From assembly GCA_026413625.1 (NCBI GenBank), contig JAOAKO010000002.1:6623-70622 (forward strand): a stretch of DNA of 64,000 nucleotides, in the 5' to 3' direction. This document shows positions 19,511-29,404 of the stretch, in pieces; positions within the stretch are counted from its first letter, which is position 1, and each line of letters begins with the position of its first letter. This DNA is from Candidatus Micrarchaeota archaeon (lineage in GTDB: Archaea; Micrarchaeota; Micrarchaeia; CABMEP01). The notes below the pieces were generated by a model. The model made no database searches. It saw nothing but the letters and a program-made list of their open reading frames with translations, and was not told where the DNA came from. The position numbers and the translations under genes are program-made.

Positions 19511-19590
19511 ATAGAGGGTACATCGAATTTTGTACATCTGCCTCAAATTGGTCGCCTCGCCAGTGCGAATGCACTGGCCTCTTTCTATTT
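19511..19590 (+). ncRNA. Possible small structured RNA or 5' leader upstream of rtcA
   Basis: GC-rich island in an AT-rich spacer: hairpin GAGG-GTACA..TGTAC..CCTC, perfect stem GCCAGTGC-GAAT-GCACTGGC, then a pyrimidine tract; TATA-like TTTATAAA about 25 bp upstream. Confidence 0.3.
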
Positions 19591-19616
19591 ACTTTCCTTT
19601 CCTTTAATGTGATGAG

Positions 19617-20627
19617 ATGGATTCAATAACAATAGACGGTTCTAAAGGAGAAGGCGGAGGCCAAATACTTAGAACAGCCTTAGCACTTTCATGCATAACC
19701 AAAATTCCCTTCACTATAAATGAAATAAGAGCCAAAAGGCCAAAGCCAGGTTTACAAGCACAACACGTTACATGCGCAAATGCGCTCTCATCAATATCCC
19801 AGGCGGAAATAAGCGGAAATAAAATCGGATCGAAAGAACTCTATTTCAATCCGAAAAAGATAATCGGCGGCTATTACGAATTTGACATAGGGACAGCAGG
19901 TTCGATATCTTTGCTGATCCAAGCAATACTGCCCGTCTTGCTTAATGCAGATAGGCCTTGCAAGACAACAATAATCGGGGGCACGCACGTATCACATTCA
20001 CCATCGATAGATTACTTTGAAAACGTGTTTCTGCCAATTATTCGAAAGATGGGAGCGAACGCAGAGATAGCGGTTGAAAGGCTAGGATGGTATCCTAAAG
20101 GCAATGGGAAAGTTACCTTATTCACAAAACAATCTAAACTAAATCAAATTAACATTACAGAAAAGATAGATCTGAAATCAATAAACGGAATAATCTCGCA
20201 ATCAAACCTTCCAGAAGAAATAATGGAAAGAGAGGAAGAGCGAATTAGGAAAACATTTCCAGGTATATTGATAACAAAACAGAACAAACAGTCAGATTCT
20301 CCAGGCAATGCTTTGACGCTTTGGGCAGAATATGACAATACGGTTTTAGGTTGCAGTCTATTGGGTGAAAAAGGGCTCAAGGCAGAAGATCTTGCCGATT
20401 CGGCTGCTTTGCAGCTTAATAAATTAATAAACGGAAACGGAGCTGTAGATCCATGGATGGGAGACCAGTTATTAATATACATGGCATTGGCCAAGGGAGA
20501 ATCTAGAATCAAAGTAAGTAGAATAACTTCCCATATGAAAACATGCATGGAGATAATCCCTCTCTTTACCAAAAAAGAATTTAAAATAAACGACAAATTA
20601 ATATCTGTGGAAGGAATAGGCAATTAG
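19617..20627 (+). CDS. rtcA: RNA 3'-terminal phosphate cyclase
   Basis: IDGSKGEGGGQILRTALALS, RPKPGLQAQH, GTAGSI, GGTHV, GWYPKG, DQL, SHMKT. Confidence 0.95.
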   Translation: MDSITIDGSKGEGGGQILRTALALSCITKIPFTINEIRAKRPKPGLQAQHVTCANALSSISQAEISGNKIGSKELYFNPKKIIGGYYEFDIGTAGSISLLIQAILPVLLNADRPCKTTIIGGTHVSHSPSIDYFENVFLPIIRKMGANAEIAVERLGWYPKGNGKVTLFTKQSKLNQINITEKIDLKSINGIISQSNLPEEIMEREEERIRKTFPGILITKQNKQSDSPGNALTLWAEYDNTVLGCSLLGEKGLKAEDLADSAALQLNKLINGNGAVDPWMGDQLLIYMALAKGESRIKVSRITSHMKTCMEIIPLFTKKEFKINDKLISVEGIGN

Positions 20628-20634
20628 TGGTTTT

Positions 20635-21279
20635 ATGAGGTTTCTTCTTTTAGATGCTGTAGGAATAACATCAGTCCTGTTGGCCGCCTTTTTTGTATTC
20701 ATTCTTTCAGGAATTTATGCAATTCAAAATTTACTGATCGCACTCGCGTTTTTAGTTATTGGAGTCGGCATAACTAAATACATGTATGAAGAAAAGAAGG
20801 AAAAAGGGGTTTACGAGCACGAGAGAAGCTGGCAGAACGTATTATCTAATTCTTTATTTCCTCTTATTTCATGCGGATTATACTTCTTTACTCAAGATTC
20901 TAAATGGATAATGGCATACGTAGCGTCATTCGCAGGTGCAATGGCAGACAAATTCGGTTCTGAATTGGGTGTTCTGTCGCCAAATCCCGTCTCATTAAGC
21001 AATTTAAAGCCGGTTAGGCAAGGCACTTCAGGCGCCATCTCACTTCTTGGCACGTATCTTTCTTTTATAGGCGCGTTGATAATCGGATTGATCGGATATG
21101 TAGTATACAACTATAATCCCATGAATATTCTTTTAATAGGTTTCTTCGGATTTATTGGAAGCATATCAGATTCGATAGCGGGGGTTTTTGAAGAAAAGGG
21201 ATTTGGGACAAAAAGCACTTCTAACTTTATCTGTACTCTTGTTGCGGGCATACTGGGATATTTATTTCTCAGCTTATAA
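20635..21279 (+). CDS. DUF92 (TMEM19-like) membrane protein
   Basis: RSWQNVLSN, ADKFGSELG, GTSGAISLLG, DSIAG. Confidence 0.88.
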   Translation: MRFLLLDAVGITSVLLAAFFVFILSGIYAIQNLLIALAFLVIGVGITKYMYEEKKEKGVYEHERSWQNVLSNSLFPLISCGLYFFTQDSKWIMAYVASFAGAMADKFGSELGVLSPNPVSLSNLKPVRQGTSGAISLLGTYLSFIGALIIGLIGYVVYNYNPMNILLIGFFGFIGSISDSIAGVFEEKGFGTKSTSNFICTLVAGILGYLFLSL

Positions 21280-21318
21280 TTCATTTAGTCTTTTATTACT
21301 TTCTATCTAAATTTATAT

Positions 21319-22833
21319 GTGAAAAATATGCCGAATAGTTCTTCGAATATAAACAGATTGATAATGTCATCCTTTTGGGCATATTTCGGTATTTTTATAG
21401 TCCTAGCATTAAGCCTTGTTTCCACAGTAATACTTGCAAGACTTTTAGATAAAGAAAATTGGGGAATTCTTTCAACGGTAATAGCAGTTGTATCTTTCCT
21501 GTCATCGATATCGGAAGTAGGTTTGAATTACTATATAGTTTACATATCATCAAAATACGACAAAAGGATAAAGACCCTAAAAAATAAAATAGGGTTGCCG
21601 TTAAAATGGAAGTTCGGAATAATTTTGCTAACAACATTATTGATTGTTTTTTTTGCAAACAGCCTTGCACAATTTTTCAGCATTGATAACGGCGCAAGAT
21701 ATTTTCTGGCAGGGGCGCTTTATTTCTTTCTCTACAACATATTTATTGTATTTGTAGGAATTCTTAACGGACTTAAGAAATTTAGGGAAGATTCCATCAT
21801 TTCAAGCTCAAACCAAATTCTGAGACTGGTGTTTTCTTCAATTTTTGTCCTTTTGGGTTTCGGCGTTGATGGTGCTTTGGCCGGATACATACTGGCAATT
21901 TCAATAAGCGTATTGGTCCAGACCTATATACTGAGAAGTTTCATTTCCTTAAGGGGAAGAACCAAAGATTCGGTTCGAGAAATGTTTTCATTCGGCTTCT
22001 TTTATGGAATAACCTCGATAGCAGCTACGTTTACGATGTGGACCGATTCAGTAATGCTAGGATTTTTTGTCGGAACAACTTCAGTTGGAATTTACAGGAT
22101 AGCAGTTTCGCTTGCAAGCGCTACTTCTTCCCTGCTCAATGGTATAAGTAAGGTGTCTTTTCCATATTTCACTTCCTATGAAACCGCAGGAAAAGATTCT
22201 TTAGACAACCTAAACAAAGTAATGAAATACATTTTGTTCATTGCAGTTCCAGCTGTATTCGGATTAGCAATGCTTTCTGACGCAATAGTTAACGTATTCT
22301 TCGGCCAACAGTACATTGAGGCAGCGATACCTCTAACCATTTTATCTTACTTTGTATTGGACGGGGTTGTAACCGGAATAATAAACTCATATCTCGGGGC
22401 AAAAAAACTAACAAAACTCATAGGCATTTCGGCATTAGCAGCGGCGATCATTAACGTGGTTATGAACATTTTGCTAATTCCACTATTTGGCATGGTAGGC
22501 GCTGCAGTAGCATCTGTGGTTTCAAGAGCCTTCGGTCTGACTCTGATGGTCAAGAAGAGTGAAGAAATATTAAATATAAAATTCACGTTTCCAATCGCCA
22601 TTCCCTTTGTGGCATCAGCTATAATGGCGCTTATAATATGGACAGCAAGGTTTTTCATAGATCCGAATTCATCGATTTTACATCTGTTTCTATTAATCTT
22701 CTTAGGCATCGGCTGCTATGTACTGGTCGCATATAGGCTGGGTTTCGATGTCATCGGTTTTGCAAATAAGATATTTAAAGCCGTATTACCTAAAAAAATT
22801 TTAGATCTAAATTCAGTTAACAAGATTCAATAG
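21319..22833 (+). CDS. Wzx/MOP-family oligosaccharide flippase
   Basis: About 12-14 TM helices, ILARLL, TDSVMLG..VGIYRIA, NILLIPLFGMVGAAVAS. Confidence 0.9.
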   Translation: MKNMPNSSSNINRLIMSSFWAYFGIFIVLALSLVSTVILARLLDKENWGILSTVIAVVSFLSSISEVGLNYYIVYISSKYDKRIKTLKNKIGLPLKWKFGIILLTTLLIVFFANSLAQFFSIDNGARYFLAGALYFFLYNIFIVFVGILNGLKKFREDSIISSSNQILRLVFSSIFVLLGFGVDGALAGYILAISISVLVQTYILRSFISLRGRTKDSVREMFSFGFFYGITSIAATFTMWTDSVMLGFFVGTTSVGIYRIAVSLASATSSLLNGISKVSFPYFTSYETAGKDSLDNLNKVMKYILFIAVPAVFGLAMLSDAIVNVFFGQQYIEAAIPLTILSYFVLDGVVTGIINSYLGAKKLTKLIGISALAAAIINVVMNILLIPLFGMVGAAVASVVSRAFGLTLMVKKSEEILNIKFTFPIAIPFVASAIMALIIWTARFFIDPNSSILHLFLLIFLGIGCYVLVAYRLGFDVIGFANKIFKAVLPKKILDLNSVNKIQ

Positions 22834-22841
22834 GAGATAGG

Positions 22842-23537
22842 ATGGGAATACATTTAGCTATAATACCGGATGGGAATAGAAGATGGGCGAAAAAACACAA
22901 GAAATCGATTAAGGAAGGATATCGGGCAGGCATTCAGAAACTTAAGAGATTGGTAGAATGGTGTAAAGACCTTAACATTTCAACGCTTTCGGTTTGGATA
23001 CTTTCAACCGAGAATATGAAGCGAAGTAAGATGGAAATAGACGTACTTTTCGATCTTTTCGATAAAATGCTCGATGAGCTATTATATGGAGATGAATTTA
23101 AGAAGGCAAGGGACGAAGTAAGGATAAAGTTCGTTGGCAACATCACAAACTTTCCAGCTCATTTGAAAGAAAAGATATTAAAAATAGAGAATCTTACACA
23201 AAAAAACGCAAAATACACATTGGCTATATTTTGTAACTATGGTGGAAGAAAAGAAATAGTAGATACTGTTAATAAAATAATCTTAGAAGCGAAATCAGGT
23301 AAAATAAAAGAGGTAAATGAACAGTTATTCGCTAAATATCTCTACGCGCCAGAAATAGGAGAACCGGATTTAATTTTTAGGTCAGGTGGGGAAAAGAGAC
23401 TTAGCGGATTTTTACCTTGGCAGTCAGTCTATTCAGAATTCTACTTTACAAACAAACTATGGCCAGACGTTTCAAAGAAAGATATTTATACTGCGATTGA
23501 GGAATTTAAAAAGAGAGAGAGAAGGTTCGGAAGATAA
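22842..23537 (+). CDS. uppS: cis-Polyprenyl diphosphate synthase
   Basis: HLAIIPDGNRRWA, STEN, NYGGRKEI, PDLIFRSGGEKRLSGFLPWQ, RRFG. Confidence 0.96.
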   Translation: MGIHLAIIPDGNRRWAKKHKKSIKEGYRAGIQKLKRLVEWCKDLNISTLSVWILSTENMKRSKMEIDVLFDLFDKMLDELLYGDEFKKARDEVRIKFVGNITNFPAHLKEKILKIENLTQKNAKYTLAIFCNYGGRKEIVDTVNKIILEAKSGKIKEVNEQLFAKYLYAPEIGEPDLIFRSGGEKRLSGFLPWQSVYSEFYFTNKLWPDVSKKDIYTAIEEFKKRERRFGR

Positions 23538-23554
23538 ATCTTCAAGATGATACT

Positions 23555-24961
23555 ATGCTCGGATGGGAAATAGTAAATGAAAAGAAAGATTATAATTTGT
23601 CTATACCGCCAATATCAAAGCAGGAAGAGGAGATAATAAACGAATTGACAAAGCTTTTTAAGGAGGAGTCTAAGGATAAAGACATTTCTTCAAAGAATAT
23701 AAGAAAAGAAATTGCGGAACTTTTGATCGACTATTGTAAGTATCATCATATTTCCCTAGAGCCGGACCAGGAAAAATATTTTGTAGATTACTTAATGTAT
23801 AACATCTACGGTTTTAATGGCATTGAAGAGTTTCTCAGCGATCACCAAATCGAAGAAATCGCAGTAATCGGAATCGACAAGCCGGTTTATGTATACCATA
23901 CGGAAAGAGGCTGGCTCGAAACAAACCTAAAATTCAGGAGCGAAGAGACAGTCATAGCGGTCATAAATAAAATAGCAAGGCAAGTTGGAAGGAGAATCAC
24001 ATATCAAAACCCGAAGATAAATGCAGTACTTCCAGACGGCTCGAGACTTCATGCGTCCATCCCGCCAATATCCAATGTCGAGATAACCATAAGAAAATTC
24101 AGATCAAATCCAGTTACTCCAGTAGAGCTTTTCGAGAAAAATATATATTCAAAAGATGCAATCGCATTTCTTTCTCTCGTATTCCAATCTGATTTTAACA
24201 TACTTATTGCAGGCAATACAGCGAGCGGAAAAACGACAACATTAAACGCGTTATTTTCATTTGTCCCTTTGTCCGATAGGATACTGGTAATAGAAGAGAC
24301 GCCAGAAATCAACATCCCACATCCCCATAAAATAAAACTGCTTTCAAATCCAGAGCTTAAAATAAGCATGAAAAATTTGGTGGAAGACAGTTTAAGGATG
24401 AGGCCGGATAGAGTTGTAGTGGGGGAAATAAGAACAGAAGAGGAAACAGAATCGTTCATAGAAACTATTTTAAGCGGCCAGGCAAGGGGAAGCTATGCGA
24501 CTTTTCATGCTCAGTCTTCGGACGAAGTTATAAAAAGAATGTTGAATTTAGGCGTTTCTGCATATGACGTAGCCTCAATCGATTTTATAATAATCCAAAG
24601 GAGGCTCATGAGGTATGATTCAAATACGCGCAGATATTGGGAAGAAAGGAAAGGAATAGAAATTTCTGAAACATCAAGAGAAGGAGGCGTAAACAAATTA
24701 TTTTCGCTGGACATGAAATCCGGGAATTTTTCCGGAGACCCGTCAAAATCTAATAAGTATGAAGACATTGCATCTAGTTTTGGAATGACTAAAAAAGAGC
24801 TTAACGAGGAAATCGATTTCAGGAAAGGAATACTTTCATCTATAAAATACAATTCGTACAACGAGTTCGTATTTAAGCTGCAGGAAAAATTATTTTCAAA
24901 CATAAATTTAAAAGATATTATTCACAAAAAGGAAGCTGACGAAAGCAAGGTGAATAGGTGA
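23555..24961 (+). CDS. Type IV pilus / type II secretion assembly ATPase (CpaF/VirB11-like)
   Basis: LPDGSR, ITIRKF, Walker A GNTASGKTT, IEETPE, LRMRPDRVVVGEIR, ATFHA. Confidence 0.92.
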   Translation: MLGWEIVNEKKDYNLSIPPISKQEEEIINELTKLFKEESKDKDISSKNIRKEIAELLIDYCKYHHISLEPDQEKYFVDYLMYNIYGFNGIEEFLSDHQIEEIAVIGIDKPVYVYHTERGWLETNLKFRSEETVIAVINKIARQVGRRITYQNPKINAVLPDGSRLHASIPPISNVEITIRKFRSNPVTPVELFEKNIYSKDAIAFLSLVFQSDFNILIAGNTASGKTTTLNALFSFVPLSDRILVIEETPEINIPHPHKIKLLSNPELKISMKNLVEDSLRMRPDRVVVGEIRTEEETESFIETILSGQARGSYATFHAQSSDEVIKRMLNLGVSAYDVASIDFIIIQRRLMRYDSNTRRYWEERKGIEISETSREGGVNKLFSLDMKSGNFSGDPSKSNKYEDIASSFGMTKKELNEEIDFRKGILSSIKYNSYNEFVFKLQEKLFSNINLKDIIHKKEADESKVNR

Positions 24962-26634
24962 ATCTAAAATACAGCAGATATATGAGACAATTGGAGCAGG
25001 AGTTAAGGGCGCACCTATATAAAGCAGATTTGGACATTCCTGTCTCTGTTTATATTAAATATTCTATTCTATCCTGCATAATCCTAAGTCTTTTAGCAAC
25101 ATTGATGATTTCAACATTTTCTTTTGACCCGCTAACCCTTTTTCTTATTTTTATTTTGCTATTCATAGCGTTTTTCTTAATCTCTAAAAACATTCCAATC
25201 ACAATTGCGAAAGCAAGAGCAGCAGAGATAGAATCGGATCTTCCTATAGCAATCAGATCGATCGGAATACAGTTGAATATGAAAGTTCCTTTCGAAAAAG
25301 CAATAGAGAATATAGCAAACTCTAATTATAAGTGCTCTGGCGAATTCAGAAAGGCAGTTAACATGATAGACAGCGGAACCTCTATTCCAGATGCATTAAG
25401 AAAAATAGCTGAGAGAGTGGATTCCCAGACGGTTAAGAAGCTAGTGGTTCAACTCATCCATGTTTACTTAGAGGGAATGGACGGAACAGAACTCAAACAC
25501 AGCGCAGATGAGTTGATCAATGCACAAAGATTCAAATTCAAGGAATTTTCTGCAAAACTCAGCTTTTTAAGTTTGATGTTTATCGCTGTTTCTTCCATAG
25601 CCCCCACAATGTATCTTGCATATCTTGTTGTGGCGGGCACCTATTTGGAAACTCCCACATCAGCGTCAGACATATGGTTTGCCTTTTTGTTTATTTTTCC
25701 TCTAATCAATATAATTCTGATTCTTTATATCAAGTACTCAACGCCTCCTGTTCTTTCCAACATTTCCGAAAAATTTTTGTCTGAACGAGAAATGATAATT
25801 CTAAACGAGCAGCTAAAGAATTTCGGATTCAAATTAAAATTTAAGCAGCTAATGATTTATTTGTCTCTTCTTTCACTTGCGGCTGCGCTAATTCTGTACC
25901 TCTTTATTGGAGGGTACTCTCTTGTAATTTTGGCTTTACCTTTAGTTGTTTATTTTGCTATGCTTTGGTCGGTAGAAAAGAGAGCAAATGAGATAGAGCA
26001 ACATCTTCCTGACGCTTTGCTATACGCCGCTACGTTAGAATTGGGCATGCCTATGGAAAAAATAGTTGAAAACATAGGAGATGCTGGATATGGGCCGCTG
26101 TCTGACGAGTTCAAGAAAGCCGGGCGCCAAATAAAAATCGGAATCAGCGTGAGTCACGCTCTTTTAAACATGAAAGATAGGAACAACTCCTTGCTTTTGG
26201 ACAGGGTGATCTCCCTGCTTATCCAATGCTATAAAACCGGGAGAGATGTGCACAAGGCAATAAAGGAGACAGCAGAAGACATATTTGAGCTAAACATGCT
26301 GAAAAAGGAACAAGCTTCATCCCTGGCTCTCCAAAAATATACCATTCTTTTAGGCGGGGGGATTTTCGTTCCAATAATAATGTCTGTGATATTAAATATA
26401 ATCTATGGAATACAGCCTATTGACACCAACGTTGCAAGCGTGAAAATCAGAGAAGAGATACTCAATGTTGCATATCAGGCAATACAAGTTTACCTTGTAA
26501 TTTATGTGCTGCTCTCCTCTTTGTTCGTTGCGATGCAAGAGGGTAGAATGAGAACGTTTATAGGTTATTTCTTGCTGCTGCTTCCAGTTTCCTTGATTCT
26601 ATTCACTTTTGGAAAGGATTTCCTGACGTTTTAA
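24958..26634 (+). CDS. TadB/TadC-like pilus platform protein (two T2SSF domains)
   Basis: Two repeats: RAAEIESDLP...ALRKIAERVDS and RANEIEQHLPDAL...YGPLSDEF...ALLNMKDRNNS; overlaps the ATPase stop. Confidence 0.88.
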   Translation: MNLKYSRYMRQLEQELRAHLYKADLDIPVSVYIKYSILSCIILSLLATLMISTFSFDPLTLFLIFILLFIAFFLISKNIPITIAKARAAEIESDLPIAIRSIGIQLNMKVPFEKAIENIANSNYKCSGEFRKAVNMIDSGTSIPDALRKIAERVDSQTVKKLVVQLIHVYLEGMDGTELKHSADELINAQRFKFKEFSAKLSFLSLMFIAVSSIAPTMYLAYLVVAGTYLETPTSASDIWFAFLFIFPLINIILILYIKYSTPPVLSNISEKFLSEREMIILNEQLKNFGFKLKFKQLMIYLSLLSLAAALILYLFIGGYSLVILALPLVVYFAMLWSVEKRANEIEQHLPDALLYAATLELGMPMEKIVENIGDAGYGPLSDEFKKAGRQIKIGISVSHALLNMKDRNNSLLLDRVISLLIQCYKTGRDVHKAIKETAEDIFELNMLKKEQASSLALQKYTILLGGGIFVPIIMSVILNIIYGIQPIDTNVASVKIREEILNVAYQAIQVYLVIYVLLSSLFVAMQEGRMRTFIGYFLLLLPVSLILFTFGKDFLTF

Positions 26635-26637
26635 GGA

Positions 26638-26709
26638 AGCCTCAGGCGAGAATTGAACTCGCGACCTCTACCTTACCAAGGTAGCGCTCTACCCCTGAGC
26701 TACTGAGGC
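26638..26709 (-). tRNA. tRNA-Thr(GGT)
   Basis: Reverse complement GCCTCAG..TAGCTCAG..CTACC-TTGGTAA-GGTAG..GTTCAATTC..CTGAGGC. Confidence 0.96.
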
Positions 26710-26774
26710 ATCAAAACATAGCTGGTAAATATATAACACTAAAGACATTAAAATATTATCATTCTATCTATTTT

Positions 26775-27377
26775 ATGGCAAGACGAAAAAAGTCATACGA
26801 TTTTAGATTTCCGCCTATACTGCAAAAGCTTAAGCGCGGTCCGCAGATAATATTACCTAAGGATTTAGGCGCAATAGTTGCGTATACCGGAATGAATAAG
26901 GAAAGCATAGTTGTTGACGCAGGAACCGGCAGCGGATTTGCCACCATTTTTTTCGCTTCCATCGCAAAGAAAGTATACTCATTCGAAAACAAGCGCGAAT
27001 TTTATGAGTTCTCCCAGAAGAATATAAAACGCTCGGGATTAACGAACATTATTCATACTTTTGATTCAGTATTTGACGGAATCTCTAAAATAGAGGATCA
27101 AATTGACATAATTCATTTAGACGTTCCGAACCCTGAAACAATATTCAGTTCAAAATTCAACCTTAAAGAAGACGGATACATAGTTGCATATCTTCCGCAT
27201 ACAGAGCAGGTTTCGAAATTTGTGAAAACAGCAGTAGAAAACAAATTTACATGCTTTACAATAGAGATAATCGCAAGAGAAATAATTTCGCGAGATAGGG
27301 GAACCAGACCGCAGAATACAGGCATAATCCATACTGCATATCTGACCTTTTGCAGAAGAGAAAACACTGGGGAATAA
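26775..27377 (+). CDS. trmI: tRNA (adenine-57/58-N1)-methyltransferase, lacking most of the N-terminal beta domain
   Basis: KRGPQIILPKD, DAGTGSG, LDVPNP, YLP..EQV, TRP, HTAYL. Confidence 0.92.
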   Translation: MARRKKSYDFRFPPILQKLKRGPQIILPKDLGAIVAYTGMNKESIVVDAGTGSGFATIFFASIAKKVYSFENKREFYEFSQKNIKRSGLTNIIHTFDSVFDGISKIEDQIDIIHLDVPNPETIFSSKFNLKEDGYIVAYLPHTEQVSKFVKTAVENKFTCFTIEIIAREIISRDRGTRPQNTGIIHTAYLTFCRRENTGE

Positions 27378-27396
27378 AGGAGGAAGTGGTGGTTAG

Positions 27397-28554
27397 ATGG
27401 ACTTGGGGGAAATAGAATTTGACAATTTGGGTCCTGAAAAGATATTATTCGTTTATGACAGAAAGACTGGGATGAAGGGATGCGTAGTTATAGACAACAC
27501 TCTGCTTGGAATTGGAAAAGGAGGAATAAGAATGACTCCTTCAGTAACTGTAGGGGAAGTATGCAGACTCGCTCGAGCAATGACCCTTAAAAATTCATTA
27601 GCGGGCCTTCCATTCGGAGGCGCAAAAGCGGGAATTATGGCTTCCCAAGATGTGATCAAAGACTCAAGCAAAAAGAAAGAGTATATCGTGGCATTTGCAA
27701 AGGCGATCAAAGCAATTTGTCCTAAAATTTATGTGGCAGGCCCGGACATAAACACCGGAGAAGAAGAGATGAGATGGTTTGTCGAAGCAAATGGTTCCTG
27801 GAAATCCGCCACAGGAAAGCCGAAAGACATGTGCACCGGAAAAGATAAGACTAAATGCGGCATTCCCCATGAATACGGTTCCACTGGTTTTGGAGTTTGT
27901 CAAGCAGCCTTGGTGGCAATAAATTTTAAGAAAATGGATGTGAAAAGCATAAGCTTTGCAATTGAAGGATTCGGCAATGTCGGATACTTCGCTGCAAAGT
28001 ATTTAACTGAAAATGGGGCAAGGATGGTTGCAGTTAGCGATAGCAAAGGAACGCTCTACAATAGCGACGGAATCGATTTTTATAAGTTAGAAAAAGTAAA
28101 AAAAGAAACAGGCAGCGTGATAAATTATAGGCCGGGCCGGGTGCTTAAAACATCCGACTTGTTTGAGTTGGATGCGGACGTTCTTATTACAGCCGCTGTT
28201 CCGGACGTTATTAATAAGGACAACGTAGAAAAGATAAAAGCCAGGATAGTGGTAGAGGGCTCAAACATCCCAACAAGGCCAGAATACGAAGAAATCCTCC
28301 ACAATAAAGGAATATTGGTAGTCCCCGATTTTGTTGCGAATGCAGGGGGAGTGATATCTTCTTATGCAGAATACAAAGGGAAAAAGCCGGAAGACATGTT
28401 CAAACTAGTACAGAAAAAGATAACTAAAAATACAAAAGAAGTCCTAGAGCTGTCCAAAAAAGAAGGAATAAAGCCGAGGGATGCGGCAATGAAGATTGCG
28501 ATTAGCAGAATAAAAAGGAAACTGACATCTTCTAATGCAGGGGGTGGGATTTGA
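27397..28554 (+). CDS. gdhA: Glu/Leu/Phe/Val dehydrogenase, probably glutamate dehydrogenase
   Basis: KGGIR, LARAMTLK, GGAKAG, AGPDINT, EGFGNVG, VEGSN, PDFVANAGGVISSY. Confidence 0.88.
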   Translation: MDLGEIEFDNLGPEKILFVYDRKTGMKGCVVIDNTLLGIGKGGIRMTPSVTVGEVCRLARAMTLKNSLAGLPFGGAKAGIMASQDVIKDSSKKKEYIVAFAKAIKAICPKIYVAGPDINTGEEEMRWFVEANGSWKSATGKPKDMCTGKDKTKCGIPHEYGSTGFGVCQAALVAINFKKMDVKSISFAIEGFGNVGYFAAKYLTENGARMVAVSDSKGTLYNSDGIDFYKLEKVKKETGSVINYRPGRVLKTSDLFELDADVLITAAVPDVINKDNVEKIKARIVVEGSNIPTRPEYEEILHNKGILVVPDFVANAGGVISSYAEYKGKKPEDMFKLVQKKITKNTKEVLELSKKEGIKPRDAAMKIAISRIKRKLTSSNAGGGI

Positions 28555-28622
28555 ACCCACGAAGCGCCTATGCGCATAGGGTCCTAAGCCCTACCCTTTA
28601 GACCAAGCTCGGGCACCCCTGC
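28536..28622 (-). tRNA. tRNA-Leu(TAG)
   Basis: Reverse complement GCAGGGG..TAGGG-CTTAGGA-CCCTA, long variable arm, GTGGGTTCAAATCCCAC, CCCCTGC-A. Confidence 0.95.
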
Positions 28623-28633
28623 AGAAAAATAAT

Positions 28634-29356
28634 TTATCTATACATTGGAGATTGAATCTGTTCGTACGTTTTTTTCGCTTCTCTGCTTTCCTTAATCAAC
28701 TTCTTTATTTTCTCTTCTATTTCCTCCCCCTCTTTCTTAAGCTTTTGAGTATCGATATCAATGTGCAAGAGCTGACTAAGCTTATCGAGCACATTTGCAG
28801 CTCCGATTAGATTTATACTCATTCCTCTGCTGGAAGTTAGCATTGCAGCGGCAGGAAACTTTCTGACATAGGCATTCGCCAATATAAGTCCAGTCACGCC
28901 GGTGGTAACCCCTTCCTTAACAATAGTTACCCCTATGTCCTTTAGGTCAGCCTTCAAACCTTCGGTCGACGCGATTCCAAAGACGACATCTTTTGCAGCC
29001 TCAATTCCCACTCCGCCAAGAGAGATGATCGCACTCAGCTTCTTGTCTTCGCCCCAAAGCACAATTTCATTAGCAACCGAATTCACGGCAGGCATTGGAA
29101 TTACAAATTCTGAGAATAAAACAAGCACATTGTGCTTTTTCGATTGATAGATGCGCGCAGCAGGCAGCGGCTCTTCATTATGCACCGTGCACAAAGGCGG
29201 AAAAGCTTCGGAATCTATATAACCAACTAATTCCATATTCCACTCTTTAACCAAATGCATCGCAGCAATGGTGCCGATCATTCCAACTCCAGGGAATCCT
29301 TCGATCAATATTGGATTTTTAAGTTTTATCGGTGCGACTTCAACTATTTTTGCCAT
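28634..29356 (-). CDS. PAC2-family proteasome assembly chaperone
   Basis: LIEGFPGVGMIGTIA, FPP, IISLGG, GVTGLIL. Confidence 0.88.
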   Translation of the reverse strand: MAKIVEVAPIKLKNPILIEGFPGVGMIGTIAAMHLVKEWNMELVGYIDSEAFPPLCTVHNEEPLPAARIYQSKKHNVLVLFSEFVIPMPAVNSVANEIVLWGEDKKLSAIISLGGVGIEAAKDVVFGIASTEGLKADLKDIGVTIVKEGVTTGVTGLILANAYVRKFPAAAMLTSSRGMSINLIGAANVLDKLSQLLHIDIDTQKLKKEGEEIEEKIKKLIKESREAKKTYEQIQSPMYR

Positions 29357-29404
29357 ATCTATATATTATTGGTTGGCTTTTTAAAGCTTTGATGTGTTCA
29401 GCCA

